This document shows positions 32,345 through 41,321 of a DNA stretch of 64,000 nt, piece after piece (the stretch's first letter is position 1; each line of letters opens with the position of its first letter). This stretch comes from Chloroflexota bacterium. GTDB lineage: Bacteria; Chloroflexota; Limnocylindria; Limnocylindrales; CSP1-4. The position numbers and the translations under genes are program-made. The DNA is taken from positions 2,728-66,727 of the forward strand of contig JBHOQO010000096.1 of assembly GCA_042408925.1 (NCBI GenBank), written 5' to 3'. The notes under the pieces were generated by a model. That model did no database searches. It worked only from the letters and a program-made list of their open reading frames with translations, and was not told the origin of the DNA.

Positions 32345-32460
32345 CGGCGCCCCGCTCACCCCCCGGACGCCGCGCGGCTCACCCGCCGGACGGCGCCCCG
32401 CTCAACAGCGGGACGGCGCGCGGCTCACCCCCCGGACGGCGCCAGCCTCCCTGCCGAGCG
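32345..32460. repeat. Approx 23-bp tandem repeat (ACGGCGCSCSGCTCACCCCCCGG) x5 spanning the convergent gap and the 3' end of the MutS-like A gene
   Basis: Seen directly: ctgacggcgccccgctcaccccccgg / acgccgcgcggctcacccgccgg / acggcgccccgctcaacagcggg / acggcgcgcggctcaccccccgg / acggcgccagcctccctgccgag. Confidence 0.75.
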
Positions 32461-33987
32461 GCCGTCGGTCGCCTCGGCCGGCTCGGGGTCCGCCCCGGCC
32501 TCGGCCCCGAAGACCCGGCGATAGACGTCGACACCGTGGCTCGAGCCCTCGGGCGCCCCGGGCACGATCCGGAACGTCCGCGTCCCGTCCGGGCGACGCT
32601 CGGCCCGCAGGAACCGGGTCCCGGCCCGGCCGGCTGTGGCGAGCCCCTCGGCGAGGTCGATGAGATGGGTCACGTAGGCGACCCGGACGTCCGAGTCGAC
32701 GAGCGCCTCGACGACGCCCCGAGCGATCGCCGACCCCTCGCGCTCGTTCGTGGAGCTGAACGACTCGTTGAGGAGGACGAGGTCACCGGGCTGGAGCCCA
32801 TCGACGATGGCGCGCATCCGGGCGAGCTCCTCGTCGAGCTTGCCGCGCCGGAGCGTCTCGTCCTCCTCCCGACTGAAGTGACTGACGACCCGCCGGGCGA
32901 GGGCCGCCCGGTAGGCCCGGGCGGGAACCGGGAGCCCGGCCGCCATGAGGAGCTGGGCCAGCCCGAGGCTCCGGAGGAACGTCGACTTGCCGCCCTGGTT
33001 CGCACCCGTCACGACGAGGAGCCGGGCACCGTCGGCCGCGAGGTCGTTGGCCACGACCGGCTCACCGAGCCTGAGGAGGAGCGCCGCGTCGCCGAGCGCC
33101 TCGGCCCGCAGGGCGAGCGAACCGACCGGCAGCGGCTCCGGCAGACAGGTCGGCCCGAGGGAGGAGAGCCGGGCCTGGAGGTTCACGGCCCCGAGGTAGA
33201 AGGCAACCTCGTCGCGGAGGAGCCGGAAGAAGTCGAGGACGTGGTCGGCCGACGCCGCCACCGCCGCCGCGGCAAGGCTCACGCCGCGACCGGTCAACTC
33301 GGCGAGGGCCCGGAAGCCGCTCTCGTCTCGATCGGGGACCTCGTAGACGTACGTCGAACCGTCGGAGAGACCGAGCCGCTCCCGCCAGCCCGGCCGGCCG
33401 ATCCGCCGCCGGAGGACGTAGTTCACCCCCCGGTTCCCGGCGCCGAGCTCGGCGGTGACGATGATTCCGTCGTCGAAGCGGAGTCGCCGGAGGTGACCCT
33501 CGACGGCCTCGAGGTACGGCTCGTCGAGCTCCCGGCAGAGCATCTCGAAGAGGGTCCGGAAGCCCTCGGAGGCGACGGCCGCGCGCCGTTCCTCGGCGAG
33601 CTGCCGCAGGCGGCGAAGGACGTCGACGAACTGGCCGATGACCTCGACCGACCGGCGGAGCACCGTCTCCGGGTGACGGCTCCAGAGGCCGCCGTAGACC
33701 CGCCGCTCCCGCTCGATCGCCTCGACGGCAAGGTCGTAGCACCGTCGCGGCGTCGTCGGGTCGGTGAGGCAGTCGGCGACGATCGCCTGCCGATACCGGA
33801 CGACGGCCGGATCGTCGGTCCCGGCGAGGACGACCGCCCGAGCGACTTCCGAGATCCGGCGGTCGCCGTCGGCCATCGCCTCGAAGAGGAGCTCGAGCCC
33901 GAGATCGTCGACGAGCGCCTGCTCGAGGGGATCGAGCTCGCGGTCGAGCTCGGCATCGCGGTCGGGGTAGAGGAGCCTGGGCTTCAT
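32425..33987 (-). CDS. MutS-family ATPase paralog A (MutS domain III/V only; no mismatch-binding, clamp or Smr domains)
   Basis: An internal Met of the 1188-aa ORF gives a 520-aa protein with Walker A GANQGGKSTFLRSLGL, the MutS ST-type motif and Walker B-like LVLLNESFSSTNEREG. Its ATG overlaps the stop of paralog B as ATGA. Confidence 0.8.
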   Translation of the reverse strand: MKPRLLYPDRDAELDRELDPLEQALVDDLGLELLFEAMADGDRRISEVARAVVLAGTDDPAVVRYRQAIVADCLTDPTTPRRCYDLAVEAIERERRVYGGLWSRHPETVLRRSVEVIGQFVDVLRRLRQLAEERRAAVASEGFRTLFEMLCRELDEPYLEAVEGHLRRLRFDDGIIVTAELGAGNRGVNYVLRRRIGRPGWRERLGLSDGSTYVYEVPDRDESGFRALAELTGRGVSLAAAAVAASADHVLDFFRLLRDEVAFYLGAVNLQARLSSLGPTCLPEPLPVGSLALRAEALGDAALLLRLGEPVVANDLAADGARLLVVTGANQGGKSTFLRSLGLAQLLMAAGLPVPARAYRAALARRVVSHFSREEDETLRRGKLDEELARMRAIVDGLQPGDLVLLNESFSSTNEREGSAIARGVVEALVDSDVRVAYVTHLIDLAEGLATAGRAGTRFLRAERRPDGTRTFRIVPGAPEGSSHGVDVYRRVFGAEAGADPEPAEATDGRSAGRLAPSGG

Positions 33988-35615
33988 CGGTGCCCGTTCT
34001 CCCGATCGGCGAGGGCGGCCCGGATCTGCTCGTACGTGAGGCCGTGCTTCGCGGCGAGGGCAACCGCGTAGGCCCGACCGTCGGCCGGCCGGCGCTCGAT
34101 CCGGTACGTCCGGATCGTGGGGTCGGCCGGGTCGACCCCGGCGACCATGCTGACGACGGCCGGCCCGAGGATGGCGAGCTCGTCGAGGAAGGTGACGCAG
34201 ACGACGAGCATGTCCCGGCCGGCCATCGTCCGGAGCATGACCCGGTTCAAGAAGAGGGCGTCGGTCGCCGACGTCGAGCTGAAGCTCTCGTTCATGACGA
34301 CGAGGCTCTCCGACGTCGCCGCCTCGAGGATCGCCCGGAAGCGCCGCAGGTCGCGCTCGAGCTTGCCCTCGAGGGTCGAGACGTCTTCGCGGCGCTCGAA
34401 GTGGGTCAGGATCCGATCGACGAGCGGGCAGCGAACCTCGCGACCGGGGACCGGGAGCCCGAGGGCGGCCAGATGGTGGAGCTGGCCGATCGCCCGGGCG
34501 AAGGTCGTCTTGCCGCCCTGGTTCGGACCCGAGACGACGACGATCCGCTCCGCTCCGGCGAGCTCGACGTCGTTCGTGACGATCCGCCCGCCGGCCGCGG
34601 CGAGCCCGTCGGCGAGGGCGAGGTCGAAAATCCCCCGCGCGCGCAGGGTTCGGTCGCCGGCGGCGACGACCGGATAGCAGAACGACAGGCCGCGGCCGCG
34701 GAGCCGCTCGACGTGCTCGAGGTAGGCGAGATAGAAGGCGACCTCCGCGTCGAAGCGTTCGACGACCGGGTCGACGAACGCGGCGTGGCGCTCGAGGACC
34801 GCCTCGACGTCGGCGAAGACCGCGGGGTGGAGCCGGACGACCCGGTCGAGGATCGCCGCCTCGACATGGTTCATCGTCGTGCTGCGGCCGACGTCGAAGC
34901 GGTACTCCTTCGTCGTCCCCTGCCGGAACTTCTCGAAGACGGCGAGGATCTCCGCGCCGTAGTCGGGCTCGCCGCGGTCGCGGGCGACGCGGATCCGGTT
35001 CCCGGAGATGTGGAGCCGGTAGCGGAGCTCGCCGAGGGCGGCGAGGACCCGCCCGACGTCGGCCTCGAGGGTGCGAAACCGCTCCGACGAGCGGTACTCC
35101 TCGATGAACGCCAGGATCCGACGGAACCCGGTCGACTGCGGCCGGCCGGCGGCGAGCCCCTCGGCAAGGCTCGCGACGGCCCGGCAATACGCGGCGGCGG
35201 CATCGAGGAACCAACGCGATCCCTCGTGCCGGTAGTAGGAATGGCGTGCCCGCCCGAGGCGGCGGCGGACGCCGTCCATCTCCGACCGGAATTCGCGGAC
35301 GACGGCGGCGATCTCCGGCCGCTCGAGGTCGCGGCAGACCGCCTGGCGGTACTCGATCGCGGCGACCCGATCCAGGGGCCGTTCGAACGCCGCCCGCAGC
35401 TCGGCGGCGGCCGATTCGTCCTGCCGACCGGCGAGAACCGCGTCGAACACCTGATCGAGCCGGAGATCGACGAGGGCATCGGCGGCGAGGGTATCGAGGG
35501 GCGACGGCGGCCCCTCGGGAACGACGTCCCAGAGGACGCTCGGCACGGCCTCGCCGAGCGCGTCCCGGGAGGCGTCCCGGGCTCGACGGCCGCGGGGCTC
35601 GAGCGCGCCGCTCAT
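33984..35615 (-). CDS. MutS-family ATPase paralog B (MutS domain III/V only)
   Basis: 543 aa: GPNQGGKTTFARAIGQL, LVVMNESFSSTSATDA, and a helical lever-like N-terminal half. Diverged from paralog A. The same N-E replacement of the Walker B D-E is present. Confidence 0.8.
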   Translation of the reverse strand: MSGALEPRGRRARDASRDALGEAVPSVLWDVVPEGPPSPLDTLAADALVDLRLDQVFDAVLAGRQDESAAAELRAAFERPLDRVAAIEYRQAVCRDLERPEIAAVVREFRSEMDGVRRRLGRARHSYYRHEGSRWFLDAAAAYCRAVASLAEGLAAGRPQSTGFRRILAFIEEYRSSERFRTLEADVGRVLAALGELRYRLHISGNRIRVARDRGEPDYGAEILAVFEKFRQGTTKEYRFDVGRSTTMNHVEAAILDRVVRLHPAVFADVEAVLERHAAFVDPVVERFDAEVAFYLAYLEHVERLRGRGLSFCYPVVAAGDRTLRARGIFDLALADGLAAAGGRIVTNDVELAGAERIVVVSGPNQGGKTTFARAIGQLHHLAALGLPVPGREVRCPLVDRILTHFERREDVSTLEGKLERDLRRFRAILEAATSESLVVMNESFSSTSATDALFLNRVMLRTMAGRDMLVVCVTFLDELAILGPAVVSMVAGVDPADPTIRTYRIERRPADGRAYAVALAAKHGLTYEQIRAALADRENGHR

Positions 35616-36076
35616 CGCCGACCTCCGTTCGATCGCGCGGTCGACGCAGCAGGCGACCCGTCAGGCTCGGGCGCCACCCCGAGCGATCGGGAGCGGGACC
35701 GCCGGGCGGGTCCGAGGGCTGCCGCGGCGGCCCGCCGGACGACGACGGGGCCTCCCGCCGCGAGCTCCAGGAGCCGGCCCCGGACCCGCGGCACGTCGGC
35801 GAAGGCACCGAGGGCGCGCGCCGCCGCCGCCGCCCGGTACGGATCGCTCGAGCCCGTCGCCTCGAGGAGCGGCCCGATCGCCCGCCGAGCTCCCCTCGCT
35901 CCGAGGATCTCGGCGGCGAGGACGGCCGTCTCGGTGTCGGGATGGCGGAGCGCCCAGACGAGTCGGTCGTCGAACGCCTCCTCGGTCGCAAGGGCGGCCC
36001 CGCAGCGCTCGCAGAAGGACGCCTCGAACGGGTTGTGGGCGTAGCACGCCGGGCAGTAGCGGACGAGATCCGTCAT
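35612..36076 (-). CDS. Zinc-ribbon plus HEAT-repeat (PBS-lyase-like) protein
   Basis: CPACYAHNPFEASFCERCG (CxxC...CxxC) followed by HEAT-like repeats (LRHPDTETAVLAAEILGARGARRAIGPLLEAT..DPYRAAAAARALG). ATGA overlap with MutS-like B. Confidence 0.65.
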   Translation of the reverse strand: MTDLVRYCPACYAHNPFEASFCERCGAALATEEAFDDRLVWALRHPDTETAVLAAEILGARGARRAIGPLLEATGSSDPYRAAAAARALGAFADVPRVRGRLLELAAGGPVVVRRAAAAALGPARRSRSRSLGVAPEPDGSPAASTARSNGGRR

Positions 36077-36082
36077 CGCCGT

Positions 36083-36445
36083 TCACCTCCCGACGGCCGC
36101 CAGGACGGCGAGCCCGATGAGGTAGGGCCCGACGAGGACGACCAGGAGCGCGAGCCAGTCGCGGGCCCGCAACGGCGGTACGCCGGGGGCCGGACAGCCG
36201 CGGATCGTCCGGACGAGGGTCCGGGCGGCGATCGCCAGCCGTCGGGCGCGCTCGGCGTCCGAGAGAACGGCGGGATGGAGCGCGGAGCTCGGGGCCGAAC
36301 GACCGCCGAACGAGCGCGACCGCGGCCGGCCCAGGGTCGGGCGACCCCGCCGCCGCGTCCGCGTCGGGCGGGCGGGAGCGGTTGGATCAGGGGAACCGTG
36401 CCGGACTTCGAGATCGACGACCATCGCTGACACCTCCTGCGCCAC
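36083..36445 (-). CDS. Small hypothetical protein with a C-terminal TM helix
   Basis: 120 aa with a C-terminal WLALLVVLVGPYLIGLAVLAAVG. It sits 6 bp upstream of the Zn-ribbon/HEAT gene and is likely the first gene of the operon. Confidence 0.4.
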   Translation of the reverse strand: MAQEVSAMVVDLEVRHGSPDPTAPARPTRTRRRGRPTLGRPRSRSFGGRSAPSSALHPAVLSDAERARRLAIAARTLVRTIRGCPAPGVPPLRARDWLALLVVLVGPYLIGLAVLAAVGR

Positions 36446-36485
36446 TCGTGCGCGTAGAGGCTGTCAGCGGACCACCCGCGGATCC

Positions 36486-36506
36486 CCGGGTCGGGACGCG
36501 ACCCGG
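36486..36506 (-). terminator. GC-rich stem-loop (CCGGGTCG-GGACG-CGACCCGG) downstream of the protease gene
   Basis: A perfect 8-bp stem seen directly. There is no U-tract, which is common in high-GC genomes. It would separate the protease transcript from the MutS-like operon. Confidence 0.3.
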
Positions 36507-36597
36507 GCCGGCGAGCCTCATCGCCGATGCCGATATCGTAGCCGAGACGCAGGACCGTGCCCGATCCGACGAGGCGAAGGGTCGGGGCGCCTCCGAT

Positions 36598-37596
36598 CTA
36601 CGGGCCGACGATCGTGTTCGTCGTCGCCGCATTCGCCGCGTCGTAGACCGCCTGGGTATCCGCGTCGAACTTCGGCCCGTGCATGACGTTCTTCACCGAG
36701 CGGTACGTGTACGAGTTCACCGAGGTGAGCGTCCCCGTCCCGCTGGTCGGGTCAAAGCCGGTAAACCACGGACCGCCCGACGAGCCGCCCGTCATGTCGC
36801 AGGCGAGGGCATACGTGAGGTTGCCGTTGTAGGGATCGGAGCCGACCGGCCCGGCGCAGTAGACGAGGTCGCTCCCGTTGTACTTCCCGGCCGCCGGATA
36901 CCCGAAGGCGTACGTCGTCGTCCCGTCGCCGACGGCCGAGAACCGGATCGGGAAGGCGCCGACCGTCGCGTCGAGCTGCCCGCCGTTCTTGCCGCCGGGT
37001 CCCACGACGGCGATCGCGTAGTCGTGGAGCGTCGCCTGGGTATTGAAGCTCCCGGCGGAGGCGAACCCGTTGTGGACGACGAGGGCCGTCGCCGTCCAGC
37101 AGCCGTACGTCGTCGCCGAGCAGGTGTACGTCGGGCTGCTGTCGAACTCGGGGATGAAGAGCCAGTTCGTCGCGAAGACCCGGTTCGTCTCGTCGTACGC
37201 GCAGTGGGCGGCCGTGAGGACGAGCGAGTAGCCGGTTCGGCCGTCGGTGACGACGGCACCCGAGCAGACGTAGGCGGTTCCGCGGAGCTCGAAGTAGACG
37301 CGCCCGGTGGCGTGGTAGGCGGTCGTGTCGGTCTTCGTCCACGAGGCGCCGGTCACCGTGCCGCTCCCGCCGCCCGGCTTGCCGCCCCCGCCGGGGCGCT
37401 TCGCCGGAGCGAACCCGTCACGGGTCCCGAGGACGACGTCGCGCGGCACGGCAGCCCGGAGCCGCTCGGGCGTCCAGCGGGCGATCGCGCGAAGGTGATC
37501 CGCCCAGCCCCGATCGACGGCCGCCGACGGGGCGGCGACGAGGGCGACGAGGAGGGCGGTCGCGAGGACGGTGGAGGCGGCGAGTCGCCGGGACAT
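36598..37596 (-). CDS. Secreted trypsin-like (S1 family) serine protease
   Basis: Signal peptide MSRRLAASTVLATALLVALVAAPSAA. His motif LTAAHC and Ser motif GGSSGGPWF. Multiple Cys pairs. Confidence 0.8.
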   Translation of the reverse strand: MSRRLAASTVLATALLVALVAAPSAAVDRGWADHLRAIARWTPERLRAAVPRDVVLGTRDGFAPAKRPGGGGKPGGGSGTVTGASWTKTDTTAYHATGRVYFELRGTAYVCSGAVVTDGRTGYSLVLTAAHCAYDETNRVFATNWLFIPEFDSSPTYTCSATTYGCWTATALVVHNGFASAGSFNTQATLHDYAIAVVGPGGKNGGQLDATVGAFPIRFSAVGDGTTTYAFGYPAAGKYNGSDLVYCAGPVGSDPYNGNLTYALACDMTGGSSGGPWFTGFDPTSGTGTLTSVNSYTYRSVKNVMHGPKFDADTQAVYDAANAATTNTIVGP

Positions 37597-37751
37597 CGGT
37601 TCCGTCTCCCCGGAGCAAGATTGGACGGAACCTTCATACTGGATCGCCGGGGCGGCGTCAATGGCCGGCCCGTCGATCGGTGGCCGTCCGCACCGGAGCG
37701 AGGACCGCCGCCGCAATTCGCCGCGCCAATTCGAGCTACGGAGGGTTGTCG

Positions 37752-38297
37752 ATGCGCCTCGAAGGGATGCGCGTCCTCGTCCTCGCCGCCGACGGGGTCG
37801 AGGACCTCGAATACTGGGTCACCGTCATGCGCCTCCGGGAGGAAGGCGCCGTCGTTCGGACGGCCGGGCTCGCTCCGGGCACGGTCCGGGGCAAGAACGG
37901 CCTCGCCGTCCCGGTCGAGCTGCCCGTGGCGGAGGTCCGCCCGGACGACGTCGATGCCCTCGTCGTCCCCGGCGGCTGGGCACCCGACAAGCTCCGCCGC
38001 TACCGCACCGTGACCGATCTCGTCGCGGCCGTCCACGCGGCCGGCAAGCCGATGGCGATCATCTGCCACGGCGGCCTCGTCGCGATCTCGGCCCGGATCG
38101 TCGCCGGGCGACGGGCGACCGGCTCGCTCGGGATCAAGGACGACCTGGAGAACGCCGGCGCCACCTGGGTCGACGAGCCCGCCGTCCGGGACGGGACGCT
38201 CGTCTGGGGCCGGGTCGTCGACGACATCCCGGCCTTCCTCCGCGAGGCCGTCGCCTGCTTCGCCGAGCACCACGCGGCGGTCCGCACCGCCGGCTGA
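37752..38297 (+). CDS. DJ-1/PfpI family protein (class I glutamine amidotransferase-like)
   Basis: MRVLVLAADGVEDLEY...ALVVPGGWAPD...AIICHGGLV carries the nucleophile-elbow Cys. GGAGGG RBS upstream. Confidence 0.8.
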   Translation: MRLEGMRVLVLAADGVEDLEYWVTVMRLREEGAVVRTAGLAPGTVRGKNGLAVPVELPVAEVRPDDVDALVVPGGWAPDKLRRYRTVTDLVAAVHAAGKPMAIICHGGLVAISARIVAGRRATGSLGIKDDLENAGATWVDEPAVRDGTLVWGRVVDDIPAFLREAVACFAEHHAAVRTAG

Positions 38298-38322
38298 CGA
38301 ACCCGCCGGCGGGTCACGCCGC

Positions 38323-39735
38323 TCAGCCGGTGCCCGCGACGGCGCCTCCGTTCGCGTCCGCAGGGCCCGCCGCCTCCGCCGCCTGGTACGCCTCGAGGAG
38401 GAGCTGCGAGACGTGGCGGACCCGCTGCCGCCGGCCGGAGCGCCGCAGCCCCATCTCGATCTGGCCGAGGCAGCCCGGGTTCGCGGTCACGACGACCTCG
38501 GCCTCGGTGGCGGCGACGTTGGCGACCTTCGTGGAGAGGAGGGCGAGCGATTCGTCCCAGCGCCGGAACGTGTAGACCCCGGCCGACCCGCAGCACACGT
38601 CGGCGCCGGCCATCTCCCGCAGCTCCAATCCGGGGATCGACCGGAGGAGGGCCCGCGGCGCGGCCGTGATCCGCTGGGCGTGGGCGAGGTGGCACGGCTC
38701 GTGGTACGTCACGACCCGCTCGACCCGACCGAGGGGCGGCCCGGCGGGCAGGAGCTCGAGGGCGAGCTCGGTGAAGTCGCGGGTCTTCGCGGCGATCGCC
38801 CGGGCCCGGTCGGCCCAGGCCGGATCGTCGGCGAGGAGGTCGCCGTACTCCTTGAGCATCCCCGAGCAGGCGGCGCAGTCGGCGAAGACGACGTCGGCGC
38901 CGGTCGCTTCGAGGGCGGCGACGTTTCGGCGGGCGAAGTCCCGGGCGATCTCCACCTCCCCGAGGTCGGTCTGCGGCGCCCCGCAACAGACGAGGTCCGC
39001 CGGGGTCACGACCTCGACCCCGTTCCGCCGGAGGACCTCGACGGCGGCCTCGGCGGCGTCGGCGAAGACGGCGTTCATGAAGCAGCCGAGGAAGTAGGCG
39101 GCTCGGAGCCGACGCGGCCCGTGGGCCTCGAGATGGGTTCCGGCGTCGGGGTAGCGCCACCGCCACGGCCGATCCGGGAGCTCCGGGAGCCAGGCCTCGA
39201 GGCGGCCGAGGGGTCCGAGGAGCCGCATGATCCCGCTCGCCCGGAGGAGGCGCTGGAGGCCGGTCCGCTGGTAGCCCCAGCGCAGGAGCGTGAGCGGCCA
39301 CTCCATCCGCCGCGGGCGCCCGAAGACGATCCGTTGGAGGAGACGCCGCCCGGCGCGGACGACGGCCGACTCCCGCCGGTCGGGGTTGTCGGGTCGCTGG
39401 GCGGCCGCCCGACCCTCGAGGACGATCGTCCCGATGGGCACCCCGACCGGGCAGACCGGCTCGCAGGCCCGACAGTCGAGGCAGTCGTACATCTGGCGGA
39501 GGAAGGCGTCGTCGAGGGCGAGCGAGCCGCCCGCTGCGGCCCGGACGAGCTGGACGCGACCCCGGGGCGACTCGCGCTCGAGGAGCGTCGCCTCGTACGT
39601 CGGGCAGGCGGCGAGGCAGGCCCCGCAGCGGATGCAGGCGTCCGCGCCGGCGAGGTGATCGAAGAGCTCGGCGAGGGGGCCCCGCGGTCGGTCGAGCCCG
39701 GCGAGCGGGTCGGCGGGCGGCGGAGGGGCGATCAC
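38323..39735 (-). CDS. glcF: (Fe-S)-binding oxidoreductase subunit, GlcF-like (two 4Fe-4S Cys clusters plus CCG domains)
   Basis: CIRCGACLAACP and CLDCRACEPVCP ferredoxin motifs. C-terminal CCG cysteine-rich domains (VVTYHEPCHLAH, CCGSAG). Confidence 0.85.
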   Translation of the reverse strand: MIAPPPPADPLAGLDRPRGPLAELFDHLAGADACIRCGACLAACPTYEATLLERESPRGRVQLVRAAAGGSLALDDAFLRQMYDCLDCRACEPVCPVGVPIGTIVLEGRAAAQRPDNPDRRESAVVRAGRRLLQRIVFGRPRRMEWPLTLLRWGYQRTGLQRLLRASGIMRLLGPLGRLEAWLPELPDRPWRWRYPDAGTHLEAHGPRRLRAAYFLGCFMNAVFADAAEAAVEVLRRNGVEVVTPADLVCCGAPQTDLGEVEIARDFARRNVAALEATGADVVFADCAACSGMLKEYGDLLADDPAWADRARAIAAKTRDFTELALELLPAGPPLGRVERVVTYHEPCHLAHAQRITAAPRALLRSIPGLELREMAGADVCCGSAGVYTFRRWDESLALLSTKVANVAATEAEVVVTANPGCLGQIEMGLRRSGRRQRVRHVSQLLLEAYQAAEAAGPADANGGAVAGTG

Positions 39736-41321
39736 GATCGGGGGTCCAGCACGGGACCGGGGGTCGTCTCACCCCGGCCGGGGCCGGGGCGCTCGGAGCC
39801 GGCCGCCTCGGATCCGGGCTCCGACCCGTCCAGCGCACCACCGGACGGTGCGGCCTCGAAGGGCGAGCGGCGCCGCCCCGACTCCTTCGGCGGCGGTTCC
39901 GGCGGCCGGACGAGACCCGTCCCGTCGGGCAGGACCTTGCCCGGGTTCAGGATCCCGCCGGGATCCAGAAGCCCCTTGAGGGCCCGCATGAGCTCGAGGG
40001 CCGCCGGATCGACGGCGAGCGGGAGGAACTCCTTCTTGAGCGCCCCGATCCCGTGTTCGCCGGAGAGGACGCCCCCCAGGTCGAGGGCGGCGAGGAAGAT
40101 GTCGCTGGCGGCGGCGAGCATGCGCTCCCGCTCGTCAGGGTCGGCGGCGTCGAAGAGGATGTTCGGGTGGAGGTTCCCGTCGCTGATGTGGCCGAAGGTC
40201 GCGATCGGGAGCCGGCGGCGCTCGGCGATCTCGCGAATCCGGCGGACCATCTCGACGATCGCCCCCCGCGGCACCGCAACGTCCTCGCCGAGCTTGTTCG
40301 GCCGGAGGCGGGCGAGGGCCGGCGAGACCGCGCGTCGGGCCAGCCACAGCTCGTCGGCCTCCGCCTCGTCAGCGGCGACCCGGACGAGGACCGCCCCGTT
40401 GCTCCGGGCGACGGCGGCGACGGCCTCGACCTCGGCCGCCGTCGAGGCCTCGCTGCCGTCGTGCCGGAAGAGGAGGACGGCCTCGAGGTCGGCGGGCAGC
40501 TCGAGAGGCCGGTACGCCTCGACGGCGTCGAGGCAGACCCGGTCGACGAGCTCGATCGCCGCCGGGAGGATCCCGGCCCCCAGGACGCGGGTCACGAGGG
40601 CCGCCGCCGCCTCGAGGGAGGCGAAGCCGGCCAGGAGCGTCCGTTCCCGGGCTGGTCGCGGCAGGAGCTTGAGGACCGCCCGGGTGATGATCCCGAGGGT
40701 CCCCTCGCTGCCGACGAAGAGGTGGTGGAGCGGGTAGCCGGAGCTGTTCTTCATCGCCCGCGAACCGAGCCGCAGGATCCGGCCGTCGGCGAGGACGACC
40801 TCGAGGGCGAGGACGTAGTCGCGGGTCACCCCGTACTTGAGGCCGCTCGGCCCGCCGGCGTTGCAGGCGAGGTTGCCGCCGATCGTAGAGACGGCGAGGG
40901 AGGCGGGATCGGGCGGGTAGAAGAGCCCGAGGCGAGCGGCGGCGGCCCCCAGATCGGCGGTCACGACGCCGGCCTCGACGGTCGCGGTCATGGTCACCGG
41001 ATCGATCTCGAGGATCCGGTTCATCGCCGCCAGATCGAGGACGAGCTCTGCGCCCGAGGCCGGGACCGGTCCGCCGGTCAGGCTCGTCCCCGAGCCCCGG
41101 GCGACGATCGGGATCTTCCGCTCGGCGCAGACCCGGACGACTGCCGCCACCTCCTCGGTCGACCGGGCGAGGGCGACGGCAGCCGGACGACGCTCGAGGA
41201 ACGTCCCGTCGTAGGCGTACGTCGCCAGGTCGACCGGGGCCGTCAGGAGCCGCTCGCCGACGATGTCGCGCAGCGCCGCGACGGCGTCCGGCGGGAGCCC
41301 GCCTGCCGACGCGGCCGTCAC
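39732..41321 (-). CDS. glcD: FAD-linked oxidase GlcD-like (glycolate / D-lactate oxidase FAD-binding subunit) with a Pro-rich C-terminal tail
   Basis: FAD_binding_4 motifs (VVRVCAERKIPIVARGSGTSLTGG) and a C-terminal FAD-oxidase domain (GEHGIGALK). GTG start at VTAASAGG, overlapping the FmdB stop by 4 bp. Confidence 0.85.
   Translation of the reverse strand: MTAASAGGLPPDAVAALRDIVGERLLTAPVDLATYAYDGTFLERRPAAVALARSTEEVAAVVRVCAERKIPIVARGSGTSLTGGPVPASGAELVLDLAAMNRILEIDPVTMTATVEAGVVTADLGAAAARLGLFYPPDPASLAVSTIGGNLACNAGGPSGLKYGVTRDYVLALEVVLADGRILRLGSRAMKNSSGYPLHHLFVGSEGTLGIITRAVLKLLPRPARERTLLAGFASLEAAAALVTRVLGAGILPAAIELVDRVCLDAVEAYRPLELPADLEAVLLFRHDGSEASTAAEVEAVAAVARSNGAVLVRVAADEAEADELWLARRAVSPALARLRPNKLGEDVAVPRGAIVEMVRRIREIAERRRLPIATFGHISDGNLHPNILFDAADPDERERMLAAASDIFLAALDLGGVLSGEHGIGALKKEFLPLAVDPAALELMRALKGLLDPGGILNPGKVLPDGTGLVRPPEPPPKESGRRRSPFEAAPSGGALDGSEPGSEAAGSERPGPGRGETTPGPVLDPRS

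Noticed and set aside
33988-35991. N-terminal 670 aa of ORF 32425..35991(-) 1188 aa
   Set aside because: Off-frame overlap of the MutS-like B and Zn-ribbon/HEAT genes. Arg/Pro-rich. The real MutS-like A starts at the internal Met at 33987.
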